The translations under genes and the position numbers were made by a program. A DNA stretch of 64,000 bases from Hypanus sabinus (lineage: Eukaryota), in contig NC_082720.1 of NCBI RefSeq assembly GCF_030144855.1, positions 57,784,001 to 57,848,000 of the forward strand. The letters run 5' to 3'. A model generated the notes under the pieces. It searched no databases and was not told the DNA's origin. It worked only from the letters and a program-made list of their open reading frames with translations. This document shows, in pieces, positions 37,796 through 50,882 of this stretch (positions are counted from its first letter, which is position 1; every line of letters begins with the position of its first letter).

Positions 37796-39299
37796 GCAAG
37801 CTTGAACCCTCATTAGAGTAGCTGAAAAGAAAAAGAATGCTTGGTTATAAAATCCATACTAGGCTACACTCCTAGTACAGAAGCTCTGCCAAGTGTAGTG
37901 ATGGTCCTGGAATAACACTTGAATCCATATTCAAGTGCAAAGGGGATCAAAATAATGTGTTTCTCTGGATCTGAAGCAGCATATGAAAAACAAACTAAGA
38001 TAAAAAAAACATGATAATAAAAATATATATAAACACAAGAGGTACTGCAGATGCTGGAAACCTAGAACGATACACACAATGTACTGGAGGCATCCTGGAG
38101 TTCAGAGTTCAATTCAGGTGTTGTTCTGTAAGAGGTCTCTGAATGTCCTCCCTGTGGAACGTGTGGGGTTTCTCCGGGTGCTCCGGATTCCTCCCACTGT
38201 CCAGAGATGTACTGGATAGGTTAACTGGTCATTGTAAATTGCTCTATAATTAGATAAGGGTTAATCGGGGTTGTGGGGTTGCTAGGGCAGCATGGCTTGA
38301 AGGGACAGACGGGCCTACTCCACACTGTATCAATAAATAAATAACATCAGGTTCTCAAATGCTGTTACCTTTTTTATACCCGGGACAGCAGCAGCAATCC
38401 TGCACTACCGGCCAAAAAGGTAATGAAATAGGATTACTACGAATAAAGAAAAGTTCCATATGTCAAATTTCCAAACTGCAACCTGAGAATGCCCGGCCCA
38501 TGAAGGATTAGCCAGACAGTCTCAACGGTGCCATCCATCTGTTAGCTGCCCCTTCCCTCACTTAGCAGGTGTCATGGTGATAATGGATGTAAACTGTAAT
38601 TAGAGTGCCCTACAATTGCAAACTGCCCCTTATAACCCAGAAATGAACTGGTTTTAAACAAAAGGCTACACAGGTTAACGTAAAAAGAAAAAGCAAATTA
38701 AAACAGCTGCCTCTACACCTCCAGGGTATTGAGTTTCATTGCACAGATTTCTGCTATTCATGGCACATGTCCAATTTGAGGCAACCTCAATTTTGGAAGA
38801 AGCTACCTCAGATGGATTCTACAAGCACAAACATACTCTTGCTCAAGATTTTATTTAATGGAACTGTCAAATCTGGATCAGAGACTGAAAGGTGCCAGGC
38901 CGTTAATTTTCTATTCTTGGCATGCTCATAGCAGTTGTGAACATTTGGTTGCAGGAATTGGCATCAATGGATGAGATGAGGAGGATATGATTACCTTAGG
39001 CTGTTAAGCTCACTAATTTGCAGCTTGTGTAGGAACAGGCACATAGAATGTCAGTTGCTGGAAAAAATATGACATTTTATCAAACTGTTACAGTGATGAC
39101 CTTAAGTAAATTGAATCTATTGCTGCTTCTTGCAGAGTAACCCTGTCTGCCCCATCTTTCTGATTTTAGGTCGCAGTAATGAGTATAGGAGTTGGGACAT
39201 TACGTTAAAGTTATACTATGTTCTAACAAATGAGACCTCATAGATAAATAGGTGCAGGAGTTAAAATGGTTGACTCCAGAGATGTTTATGTGTTATGCA

Positions 39300-39630
39300 T
39301 TCTTTTATAAATCAGTGTATTAAGTATAGGAATTGGGATGTTATGATGAAGTTATATAAAATGTTGGTGAGGCAAATCTGGAACAATCTGTGCAGTTCTG
39401 GTCACCTACATACAGGAAAGATGTTAATAAGATTGAAGGGCTACACAAAAAAATTTACAAGAATGTTGTTGAGACTTGATAACCTGAGTTATAAGGAAAG
39501 GCTCCATAGGTTTTCACTGGAGCATTGGAGAACGAGGAGATATTTGAGAGAGGTATACAAAATTATGAGAGGTCTCGGTAGGGTAAATGCAAGCAATCTA
39601 TTTCCACTGAAGTTGGGTGAAACAAGATAA
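39300..39630 (+). mobile_element. CR1 ORF2 C-terminal fragment
   Basis: KYRNWDVMMKLYKMLVR..LSYKERL..EVYKIMRG. Confidence 0.8.
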
Positions 39631-41139
39631 AACTATTCTGAGTAAAAGATCTTTCTCACATCCTCCTTGAATCTTCTGCCCAAAACTGAAAAGTTTGGTG
39701 TCCTGGTACTAGAACAAACTGCTAATGGGAGCTAGCTTCCCTCTATCGACTCTGTCTGGATCAGCCATAATTTTGTACACCTCCTGAACTTTTGTCAGTC
39801 TTCGCTAATGTATTTTTTTTCACAAATTCTATTGATTTCTTTAGTTTTCAAGTCTTTGGATATATCTAAGATGGAAGCTGATAGGTTCTTGATTCATGGA
39901 GGCATCAAGGGTTACAGGGAGAAGGCAGGAGAATGGGATTGAGAGGGATAGAGATCAGCCATGATGTAATGATAGAGAATACTCAATGGGCCAAATGGTC
40001 TAATTTTGCTTTTATATCCTAGGGTCTTATAACTTATGGAGACAGACACTTAATATTTTAGGAACAGCTCCTTTCCTTCCACCATCAAATTTCTGAACAC
40101 ACAATGAACACGTAAACACTACCTCATTACTTTGCTCTCTTTTTGCAGTAATATTTATAATTTATAGTAATTTATAATACATATTATGTATTGCACTCTA
40201 CTGCAAAACAAATTTCATAACATATTTCTTAGATAGATTGATGATAGAAGAATGGAGGGATTGCTTAGATTAATCTTAGAGTAGTTTAAAAGGACAGCAC
40301 AATATCATGGACCAAAAGGTCTATACTATGCTGTACTGTTCTAAGTTCTATGTCAATTATAATAAACTTGATAATTCTTACATTGAACCAGAGACAGCAT
40401 AATAATCTGAATGTGTTTTTCAACGCTTGACTAGGTCTAAATTGTGTAGGTTGTTGGATTCCACGTGGACTACAGTGAACGTTGGGAAACAGTGGTGTCT
40501 ATCAGTCAGTACCTTAGGAACACACTGGCTCCATGTAAATCTGAGACTTGTACAGGAGTAGCTCAGCACCTGCTGTTTTCTTTGCTAGCCACAATCAACA
40601 GTACATTTGCACATTTGGGCTATGGTAATTCACAATGGCCGTTCATCATCATTTTCTCCAGGACAATTAAAAATGACAGTAAGTGCTGCTTACGCCAGGA
40701 ATGCCCAAATCATGAAAAATGAATTATAAAAATCATCTTGCTGAAACTACCTTAAATTTGATACTCTATTGGGTCTTTAAACTTGATCTTCTATTACGTG
40801 CACAACAGCCTCACGTTGACATCTCAGACTGCAGAGAGTACGATCAAAAAATAGGTTAAATGTCAGTGTTGCTTGAAAGGGAATTAACTGCATTTCATTG
40901 AAGTTTTTCCAACTCAGACACCGCATGTTTCTTTCTTGCACAGAATTAGAAGTCAATTATTCCTTAGTATGAAGAAGAACAATCTAACAAAACATTAATA
41001 TCTTTTCAGTCTTCCTGAAATGTTTCAAATCCATCCAAATTTTTCTCTATCAACAAAATCATCTGACAGCAGCTATTCATGTATCTGGAATCCACACAAC
41101 AGCAATAACCTCCATTTGCTGTTTAAAATATGTTTGCAT

Positions 41140-42100
41140 CAATCACTTGGTGCTCATCTTGCCAGAGTTGAAGGGGCGAATTCATCCCACTCTCTTGCAC
41201 ACAGGCGTCTTGGGTGATGCTCCGTGCTGTGCTGAGAGAAGGTGCACAGCCGGGGCGCTTTTTACCAGATGAGACTTTAAACCAACATACCCTCAGTGGC
41301 CACTTTATTAGACACACCTGTACATCTGCTCTTAAACTCAAATATCTTATCAGTCTATCATGTAGCTGCAACTCAGTACATAAAAGCATGCAGACATGGT
41401 CAAGAGGTTCAGTTATTCAGACCAAACATCTGAATGGGGAAGAAATGTGAACTAAGTGACTTTGATCAGGGGATGATTACTGGTGACAGACGAGGGTGGT
41501 TTTGAGTATTTCAGAAAATGTTGATCTCTTGGGATGTTCATGCAAAACAGTCTCTAGAGCTTATAGAGAATGGTGTGAAAAACAAACAAATGAAGAAAAA
41601 TCCGGTGAACAGCAGTTCGGTGGGCAAAAACGCCTTGCTAATGAAAGAGGTCAGAGGTAAATGGCCAGGGAGGTTCAAGCTGACAGTAACTCAAATAACC
41701 ACGCTTCACAACAGTGGTGTGCAGAAGAGCATCTCAGAATGCACAGGTCAAACCTTGAAGTGGTTGGGCTACAGGAATAGAAGACCATGAACGTACACTC
41801 AGTGGCCAGTTTATTATGTACAGAGGTACCTGCTGTACCTAATAAAGTGACCACAGTATACAATCCACCCTCTCAGTTGTCCATAAAAGATCCAACACCA
41901 CCATTCTGCAAGGGAGTTATCCACACAAGAGTCACAGCCAATATTTACTCTTCAACATCCCAAAAGCAGAGCTTTCACTGAATCATTATCATGTTGTTAT
42001 TTAAAGAGGCATATTAAATGCAAATCAGTTGCCAAATTTATCATGTTACAAAATGACTGCAAAACTACTCTATTGGTTTGAAATGCTTTGAGATATCAAA
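41140..42100 (+). mobile_element. Old Deu-domain SINE split by the Tc1 MITE; other remnants at about 15120-15250, 31290-31485 (-), 45930-46115 (-), 58300-58405
   Basis: ..gatgagactttaaacc|MITE|ccctctcagttgtccataaaagatcc..gggagttatcc..gccaatatttactcttcaac..tcattatcatgttgtt.. resembles the Deu domain and an L2-type tail. Confidence 0.55.
41290..41858 (+). mobile_element. Tc1-derived MITE, same family
   Basis: Same TIR and body as 11421-11990; interrupts a Deu-type SINE. Confidence 0.85.
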
Positions 42101-42659
42101 AATACCATTCATACTCAATTTCAATTTCTACATCTTATATTCTCATTATTATTTATTTACTGTTTGCAAAATTTGTCTTCTTTTGCACATTAGTTGTTTG
42201 TCTTTATGTATAGTTATTCATAAACTTTGCTGTACTTCTTTATTTTCCTGTAAATGCCTGCAAGGAAATGAATCTCAAGGTAGCATATGGTGACATATAC
42301 TTACTTCACTGATAAATGTACTTTGATTTTGAAAACACTATATTAAAAGCTTTGAAACCCCTTATCATTTGAAATTGCATTACCCAGGTGTAAACTTTAA
42401 AAGTGAATTAGGCTTTCTCACTCAAAGCTATCTTGTACCCTCCCTTGAGTGTAATAACTCAGAAATCCTCCTTACAATTAGAGTTTATACATAGACAAAA
42501 TTCTGCTTGCTAGTTATGTATCCCAGCGAAAGGTAATACGTGTTTATTTATTTGGATATCGTGTGCGAAATAGGACCTTCTGGCTTTTTGAGCTGGATAG
42601 CCTCACTTCATCTCTAACCTAATCACATGACAATTTAAAGTGACCAATTAGCCTACCTG

Positions 42660-43155
42660 GTATTCCAGGATGATTCCAGGGATGAACCAGGTTGATTCAG
42701 GATGAAGGGGTTAACCTATGAGGAGGGATTGAATTGCCTGGGGCTATATTCTCTGGAGTTCAGAAGAATGAGAAGGTATCTTATAGAAACATACAAAATT
42801 TTGAAAGGGATAGATAAAATAGAAGTAGAAAAGTTATTTCCATTGGTAGGTGAGACTAGAACTAGGGGAAATTGCCTCAAGATTCATCTCAGGGGAGAAG
42901 ATTTAGGACAGAGATGAGGAGAAACAGTTTTTCCAAGAGAGTGGTAAATCTGTGGAATTCTGTGCCCAGGGAAGCAGTTGAGGTTTCCTCACTAAATATA
43001 TTTAAGATACAGTTAGATAGATTTTTACATAGTAGGGAAATTAAGGGTTATGGGGGAAAGGCAGGTAGATGGAGCTGAGTTTACAGACAGATCAACCATG
43101 ATCTTACTGAATGGCAGGGCAGGCCCGATGGGCTGGATGCCCTACTCCTGCTCTG
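42660..43155 (+). mobile_element. CR1 3' fragment inserted in a minus-strand V-SINE (about 42545-42660 and 43160-43260)
   Basis: MKGLTYEE.L..LGLYSLEFRRMR..LIETYKILKG..TRTRG.. Confidence 0.85.
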
Positions 43156-44037
43156 ATTTCACAGTCTTTGGACTGTGGGAGGAAACTGGAGCACCCGGAG
43201 AAAAACCTACACTGAGCTACAATAGTGTCGCCTAACTGCTACTCTACCGTGGCACCCATGGTCTTTATGCAGGAGGTAAAATGGTTGACTCCAATGCTTT
43301 TTATGTGTAATGCATCTGTTCATAAATACAGTGTGCAGTTTTGGTCACCTGCCTCCAGGAAGAATGTCAATAAGATTGCCATAAGATTGAATAGGTTAGG
43401 ACTTTTACCCCTGCAGCACAAGAGATTAGATAGAGGTATACACAACACTATAAGGGGTATAGATAGGGTAAATGCAAGCAGAATTTTTCCACTGAGGAAA
43501 CTGGAGGTAAAAGATGAAATACTAAATGGGAATCTGAGGAGGAGCTTCATCAATTAGAGAGTGGTGTGAGTATAGAATGAGCTGCCAAAAGTGGTGGAAA
43601 CAGATTTGATCTCTACACTAAAGAGAGGTTTGGATAGGTACATGGATGGGAGGGGTATGGAGGGCTGTGGTCTAGGTGCAGGCTGATGGGACTAAGCAGA
43701 ATAACAATTTGGCATAGGTTGGGTGGACCATAGGGTCTGTTTCTGTGCTGCAGCGTTCTACGACTCACAGCAATAATATAAAATAATTATGCAATTATTA
43801 TGCTGTTAGGAATGTTTCCTGATACAGATATGCCAGTAATTTATGTTGAAAACAGATATATTGTTGAGATGAGTTACATTAGTCGTCAGGACATCTAATC
43901 AGTAGAACAAAACCCCAACGTCTTTGTTAAATCTGGTTGATGACTTAGCACTCTCCCATAATTTATACGTGCAGAATAAGACATTTCCCAGCTGATGCCA
44001 GCAACAGCCAACCTCCTTTCAAAGGCTCCTGGGGACT

Positions 44038-44050
44038 GTTGCTTAGCAAC
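44038..44050. promoter_or_regulatory. Palindromic RFX X-box-like site with an adjacent TCF/LEF motif (TTCAAAG, about 44018)
   Basis: GTTGCTTAGCAAC in a non-repetitive island; a further GCAAC half-site at 44001. Confidence 0.4.
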
Positions 44051-46984
44051 CATCTTTAGCAGTGAAATGGGGAAAGGTTAGCAAATGCAGCATTGTGGAA
44101 GATAGGCTGCAGCTGACACACTCAGCAGACCTAAATCACGTACTGTAAAAATGAGCTTTATTTGTCATGTGTGCATCGAAACATAGTGAGATGCACCTAA
44201 GTATCAAATCAAATCAGTGAGTATTGTGCTGGGAAGTCCACAAATGTCGCCACGCTTCTGGAGCCAACATAGCATGCCCAGAACTTACTGACCCGACCCT
44301 GTACGCCTTTGGACCGTAGGAGGAAACCAGAGCACCTGGAAGAAACCAATGCGCACTCAGGAAGGACATTTAAACTTTTGTACAGGGGGTGCTGGAATTG
44401 AACTCTGAACTTAGATTCTCTGAATCTTCATTCCCTCACATTACCCTCCAGCCTCTCAACTTTTCCATAATGAATACCAGGTAGCCATCTATTATAATTC
44501 AATTTTCTAGTACATGCCTCATAGCCTTCATTGCCTTTGCAATTCAAGTGTTTGTCTAGATTTATTTCATAAATGCCTTTGCAGGTCTCTGCCTCCATCA
44601 TCCCCTCAAGTTGTGCACTGCAGATTCAAACCACTCTCTGGGTGAAAAATACTCCTTTTCACATGGAGTGCCATGGTAGCATGGTGGCTAGTGAGACACT
44701 ATTAAAGTATGGTGCACCAGAGCTCAATTCTGGCATCATCTGTAAGGAGTTTGTACGTTCTCCCCTTGGAATGTGTGGGTTCTCTCAGGTCTTCTGGATT
44801 CTTCCCACAGTTCAAAGTTGTACCAGTTAGTTGGTTAATCGGTCATTGTAAATTTTCTCATGATTAGGATAGGGATTTGCTGGGTGGTGCAGCTCGAAGA
44901 AGGGCCTGTTCTGTGCTATATATCTAAATTTAAAAATTTTCAAAACATCACCACTAAACCTTTTGTTTCTTGAATCAAGTAACTCTAATTTCTGTGCACC
45001 TCTTAATTCTCACTCGTAGCTTGCCCCTCGCTGCTGGCTTTAAACATGATGGTAGAAGTATCCCTCATATCAATGGATTCACAACTGAAAAGATAAGAAT
45101 TCTCAGTTTTATTTGTAAAGCTGTGTAACAATGGCCCAGACATGTTTCAGAATGCACAGCATCAATCACTGGGAATTCTTTCTGCCTCAAATACCATTAA
45201 TATGTTCCCTGTCAAATCCTTGAGATTAACTTTAGGCAAAATTGGATGCCTGAGTTTAAAAAAAAGAGCATGAAAGAAAGAAAAACTTGCACAAGACCTT
45301 CGTCTGGGCTTGCAGATCCCCTGAAGTATCAGGCATCCATCTATCACATTGATGTACCCATAATTAAAAAGATGGTTGTAGATTTACAAGATTATCAATG
45401 GTGCTTTACAGGTATCAAGAGAAATATAAACCAACTTTTCACAAGCTGTGAAGACAAAGGATGGACTGCTCAATAATATTTATGATTATGACAAAAGGTG
45501 ATGAAAGCTAATTCCCAATGATTGGTGAAATTTCAATGAATGGTCACGATGATCACAAAAGGAAGCAAGTTGGAATAAAACTTCTCTACCACTAAGCCTT
45601 GATGAATCAGTCAATATATTTCTATAAAATGAAGCAGATTGTTGTATGAAAAGAATAACTGCTCTGGATTTCAATGGAGTCTTTCCAGATATCAAGGTAT
45701 GCCAGTCAATGAAGAAGTTTCTAAATATATTCAATGTTATGATATAAGAAACGTGCATGGCAAGGTCTGATTAAAAAAAGCGATGGTGAGCATGACGAGG
45801 TAAATGGTTTCAAAGTTAATTTGAGGAGCAATGAAAAGGGAGAGAACTCTTTTTCCCTTCGATTACACAAATTTAAGGTGCACTGTGGTCATGATAGCCA
45901 AGAAAGAGGAATTCATGCCTCTGATCTAAATTTGTGTGGAGATGCCATGCATCTGAGGGATAATTGGGATTCAAGTTAACATTTTCTTTCAAAACAAGCA
46001 CCTCTGACAGTGCTTTGGTCCAAGCTATGCCAGCCTGGACACAAGTCAATTCAATGGGAGCTGACCTTATGACTTGAGGAAACTCAACTACCCAATTAAC
46101 CATGGCTGAGTTCCACCACATGACAGGACATTTGCCTCCACTATGATAGGATAGAGAGAGATCAGACTAGAGATTAGATTAATTTGTCGCATGTACTTGA
46201 AACAAGATGAAATCTGTTTTGTGTGAAATCAAATCAACACAAAATGCTCACAACTTACTAAATCTAACCATATGTCTTTAAAATGTGGGAGGAAACTGGA
46301 GCATCCAGAGAAAATCCACGCAGTTACAGGGAGAATGTACAAACTCCTTACAGACAGTGGCGGGAATTGAACCCATATCATACAAGTAGCTGCTGTAAAG
46401 TGTTTTACTAACCTCTATGCTGCCATTCCATTCCTTCCAAACCACTATCACTTTTACCACTGAGTTGTACAGCTTTGAAAGATTATGAAACGTTAATGCT
46501 GGAAATAACACATGGATCTTCACAGTCTTAGATAAAGATGGGTACGAGGTTGTGATTATGATTTAAAGAGCTGTCACTTATGTTGATGACTGGCACGATA
46601 ATAACTACTCAGGCCTGCTTTTTCCAAAAGGCTCCTTTCAATAGAAAACTCTTTACACGTAATCTCTGGCTTACAGCTACATCACTGATGGGTATATATA
46701 AATATACAAAAGTACAAATATCCCCCAGAAAAAAATATATATTGATTGCTCTTTAATTATAAGCGTCAGTACCAGTTGCTTTGTTTCCTGGTTTAGCAGG
46801 GGCAACACTTCCGAACAGTGTGCCATTGAGGAGACCGGTAAAACTTAAGTTAATGGGCAAGAAAGGAAAATGCCTCAGTAGTCAGACTTTCACTTTACAG
46901 AAAGGAAGATGGTTGCAACTGTTAGGCATTGAGCCATAGCATTGTACCACACAGAAACAGGCTCCATTCATTCGTGTTGACCAA

Positions 46985-47598
46985 GAGTGTGTGGACGTCA
47001 GTGAGTTAAACCAGCACAAAGTGTTTAAAAGGAGACCATTTTTTCTTCAGCAGTTTGATCAAGGGATGACTGTGCAAACGCGTGGAAGTCAGTGAGTTAG
47101 ACCAGTTTGAAGAGTTTAGAAAGGAGATAGCTTTATAGAGCGGGTGTCAGAGGAGTGGGTGACGGAGTAGAGGTAGACTGAGTAGGAGGGCTTTGGTTCA
47201 ATGGGGCTTAGGTAATAACGGGTCGAGGTGAGATAGGCTACCTATGAGGAACAGAAACAGTAAGTGTGTCTGTGAGGCCAATGTTCTGTACTGGGTGTCA
47301 GATGTGGGAAGTCCGGGAGACTCCCAGCCTCCTGGTAGGCCACATTTGCACCAGGTGCATTGAGCTGCGCTCCTTAGGGACCGGGTAAGGGAATTGAAGC
47401 TGCAGCTTGATGAACTTCGTCTGGTCAGGTAGAGTGAGGAGGTGATAGAGAGGAGCTATAGGCAAGTAGTCACACTGAGGCCTCAGGAGACTGATAAGTG
47501 GGTAACAGTCAGGAGAGGGAAGGGCAAGAATCAGATTCTGGAGAGTACCCCTGTGGCTGTCTCCCTTCTTAATAAGTATTCCTGTTTGAGTACTGATG
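46985..47598 (+). mobile_element. CR1 5' fragment (5'UTR plus ORF1 zinc-finger/leucine-zipper N-terminus) nested in a minus-strand CR1 (about 46930-47995)
   Basis: Translates FCTGCQMWE..GHICTRCIEL..LQLDELRLVR..IERSYRQVVT..WVTVRRGKG..NKYSCL; duplicated gtcagtgagtta.accag motif in the UTR. Confidence 0.7.
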
Positions 47599-49074
47599 GT
47601 GCTGAACTGTTGTTCTATCTAATACCATTTACCTGCACCTGAAACACAGCCCTTCAATGCCCCTCCTTCCCATCCATGTACTTATCCAAACATCTCTTAG
47701 ATGGTGCAACATCACCACTTCCGGTGGCAACTTGTTCCACAGTCGAACCATACTCTGAGTGAAGAAGCTCCCCCTCAGGTTCCCATTAAATATTTCAACT
47801 TTCACCCTCTAGTTCTGGTCTTACCCAGTCTCCATGGTAAGAGCCTGCTTGCATTTACCCTATCTATACGCCCTCTTCAGTGTTATACCTCTATCAAATC
47901 TCCACTCAATCTCCTTCACTCCAGGGAATAAAGCCTTCCCCTGTAACTCAGGCCCTCCAGTGACAGCAACAATGTTATAAATTTTGCTGTACTCTATCAA
48001 TCTTATTGATATATTTACTATATCTCTCAATCCTAATCCATCTTCAGCCTCTTCATTGTTGACCTTCCTTCTTCTTAAAATCAGAAGTAAGCAGGTTTGT
48101 AGAAAAGTACACAGAGTTCAGTTCCACTTACAACTCTATGGTGAAGAAAAGGAGTCTATAGACATTCAAATTAAAATTAGAGGGAATGATTTTTCCAGCA
48201 AAGTAGTCTAACCAGGTAGTATTGATACTCAATGGTATTTGCCTTATTGAATGCTCCATCATTGGCGGGAGGGTATAATTGACCAGAAATTCGATGGGTA
48301 ATTCCACCATTTACATGCCATAAGTTAGTAGGGTCACGGAATGCTCTCCACAGCTCCAACAACCTTAGACTCCTACTGCACAGTACAGGACTACGATGTT
48401 GTGGCAACCTTATAACCTATTCTCAGATCATTCTATGCTTCTCTCCTAAATAGCCCTTCATTTTGCTATTATCTACTGTATCTGCCTGCCTAACTTTTGC
48501 TTAAATGTTCCTTTTGTAAGTACCTCTACCACAAACCCTGGCACGACATTCCACATCCAACATCCCCTTATATTTCCCTCCCTTGTATTAGCCATTTCCT
48601 TTTGGGAAAGAGTCTCTGGTTATCTACTCAATTCATGCCTCTTATCATCTTGTACACCTCTATCAAGTCACCTCTCACCCTCTTTCACCCCAAATAGAAA
48701 AGCCCAAACTCATTCAACCTCTCCTCATAAGACATGCCCTCCAATCCAGGCAGCTTTCTGGTTAAATCACCTCTGCACCCTCTTTAAAGCTGCTACGTCC
48801 TTCCTATAATGAACAGATCAGAACTGAACACAATACTCCAAGTATAGTTTTATAGAGCTGCAACATTACCTTTTGCAGCTTTTGAACTCAACAAGCTGAT
48901 TAACATTCATGAGAAATTTGAATTTTGATTAAGTAATTGCTTGAACGTTCAGGGTGCAGGTACCATGGCTATTTAAAATCCATTGAAAAAGACAATCATA
49001 GCTCAGACTGTAAGTACTGAGGACAAACGACATTATCTATGCTTGTATTAATCCAGCCCACTCACTACAGAACT

Positions 49075-49640
49075 TATGTTAAAGTTCTATAAGACATTGG
49101 TGAGGCCTAATTTGGAGTATTGTGTGCAGTTTTAGTCAGCTACCTGCAGGAAAGATGTAAAGAAGGTTAAAAGAATACTGAGAAAATTTACAAGTATGTG
49201 GGTGAGACGGGGGGACCTGAGGTACAAGGATAGATTGAAGAGGTTAGGACTTTATTCCTTGGAGCATAGAAGATTGATGGGAGATTTGACAGAGGTTTAC
49301 AAAATTTGAAAGGTACAGATAGGGTAAATGCAAGGAATCTTTTTCCACTGATGTTGGATGTGATTACAACTAGAGGTCGTGGACTAAGAGCGAAAGGTGA
49401 ATAGTTGAAGTGGAACATGAGGAAAAACTTTTTCGTTCACAGGGTGGTGAGAGTGTGGGATGAGCTGGCAGCACAAGTGATGCATGCGAGCTTGATTTCA
49501 ACATTTAAGGGAAGTTTGGATAAGTACCTGGATGGTAGGGCTATGATCCAAGTGCAGGTCAATGGGAGTAGGCATTTTAAATGGCTTGACATGGACCAAA
49601 TGGGCTGAAGGGCCTGTTTCTCTGCTGTGTTTTTCTATGA
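49075..49640 (+). mobile_element. CR1 3' fragment; similar plus-strand pieces at about 7330-7740, 22050-22325, 22655-23270, 33880-34092, 34775-35055, 43325-43765, 52395-52750, 62475-62945
   Basis: LVRPNLEYCVQF..LGLYSLEHRRL..TRGRG.. followed by the CR1 3'UTR tail ending gggcctgtttctctgctgt..tctatg. Confidence 0.8.
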
Positions 49641-50797
49641 CTAACTCAGCAAAGTCCCTGAAGGTAATTCTGATAAGCCTGTTATTGTTTGAACACAAAC
49701 CAGCTGAAACAAGATCAGCAGAATATTTTTTAAATCTACATAACTTACAAAAATTCTGACATCAGAAGCAGACTGGACACCTACACAATTTTCAGAACTT
49801 GCCTGCAGCTCTCTTAAGAGCTGCGTTTGATTAGAAAACATTCTGCACAGTAATATGAGACTAAGAGGTGCAAAAGAGTCATTACATAAAACCTTATTTT
49901 AAAAAATGTTCTTATCGCATTCAATGCTAATAGACGACCTTTTCAAACAACTGTAAAATTGCACTGGATTCCCAGTACTTGCAGTAAAAAGCACTAGTAC
50001 AACTGATCAAATTTGCCATGTAAATATGATGGAAAACACTATTTCAAACCATTTGAAGAATATGCATAACTGTCAGTGCTGTCTAGACAGTCCACATCAA
50101 TGGTATATTTCGAGCTTGTGTGGGATGAATCAATTTTGTCAAGTCAAAAAAAAAATGCCCTTGAAATTAAACTCAGCAGTTAGAGGGCAAGTGACTGGCC
50201 ATTTCCTTTGCAGATAGCAGCAGCATTATCCCATCTGAATAATGACCCGATTCTTGCGGCAACTGCAGCTGTAATGACGACAGATATATGGATTCAATGT
50301 GCAGGGAATTAAAGCTGAAAGTATAGCTAGCTATCTTGAAAACAGTGACGTTCTCTTTATTGCAGACTGACGGATTTTGAATCAGCTTACATGATGACTC
50401 CATCTTTCCACCTTTCATCGGCCTCAGTATCCCTTAATTGAACATACTATTTCTTATCGATGTCCTGCATGACAATTCTTCTTATTAAAAAAAAGTCAAA
50501 CATCCACTGCATTTCCCATTTTCTACAGAGATAATTAATTAAATATAACCTCATCTTTGCTGATTGGCTCCAATTATGGCTATTAATAATAGCTGAAATG
50601 GCACTTCCATGCTTTTCATTTGAAAGACTTTGATAGTTTGTTGAAATGGCAAGAAATTTGTCTTTAATCTTGTCTTTTACTGTAATGAGACATTACATTT
50701 ACCACTTTTCAATCCTTTTCTGTAAACTACTGGGAAAATCATAATAAAAAACTTTTCTTTTAAGATTCCTTCCCCAACATCAGTCAGGACTTGCAGT

Positions 50798-50840
50798 ACG
50801 CGCACGCGCACGCACACGCACAGGCGCACGCACACGCACA

Positions 50841-50880
<40 letters not shown>
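50798..50880. repeat. Compound (CG/CA)n microsatellite
   Basis: acgcgcacgcgcacgcacacgc..(ca)n directly abutting a PLE terminus. Confidence 0.95.

Positions 50881-50882
<2 letters not shown>

Noticed and set aside
37000-37813. Cluster of overlapping Pro/Ser- or Gly/Arg-rich ORFs (for example a formin FH1-like exon)
   Set aside because: They arise from the low-complexity CT/GA-rich region of Penelope elements, and FH1 would lie far upstream.
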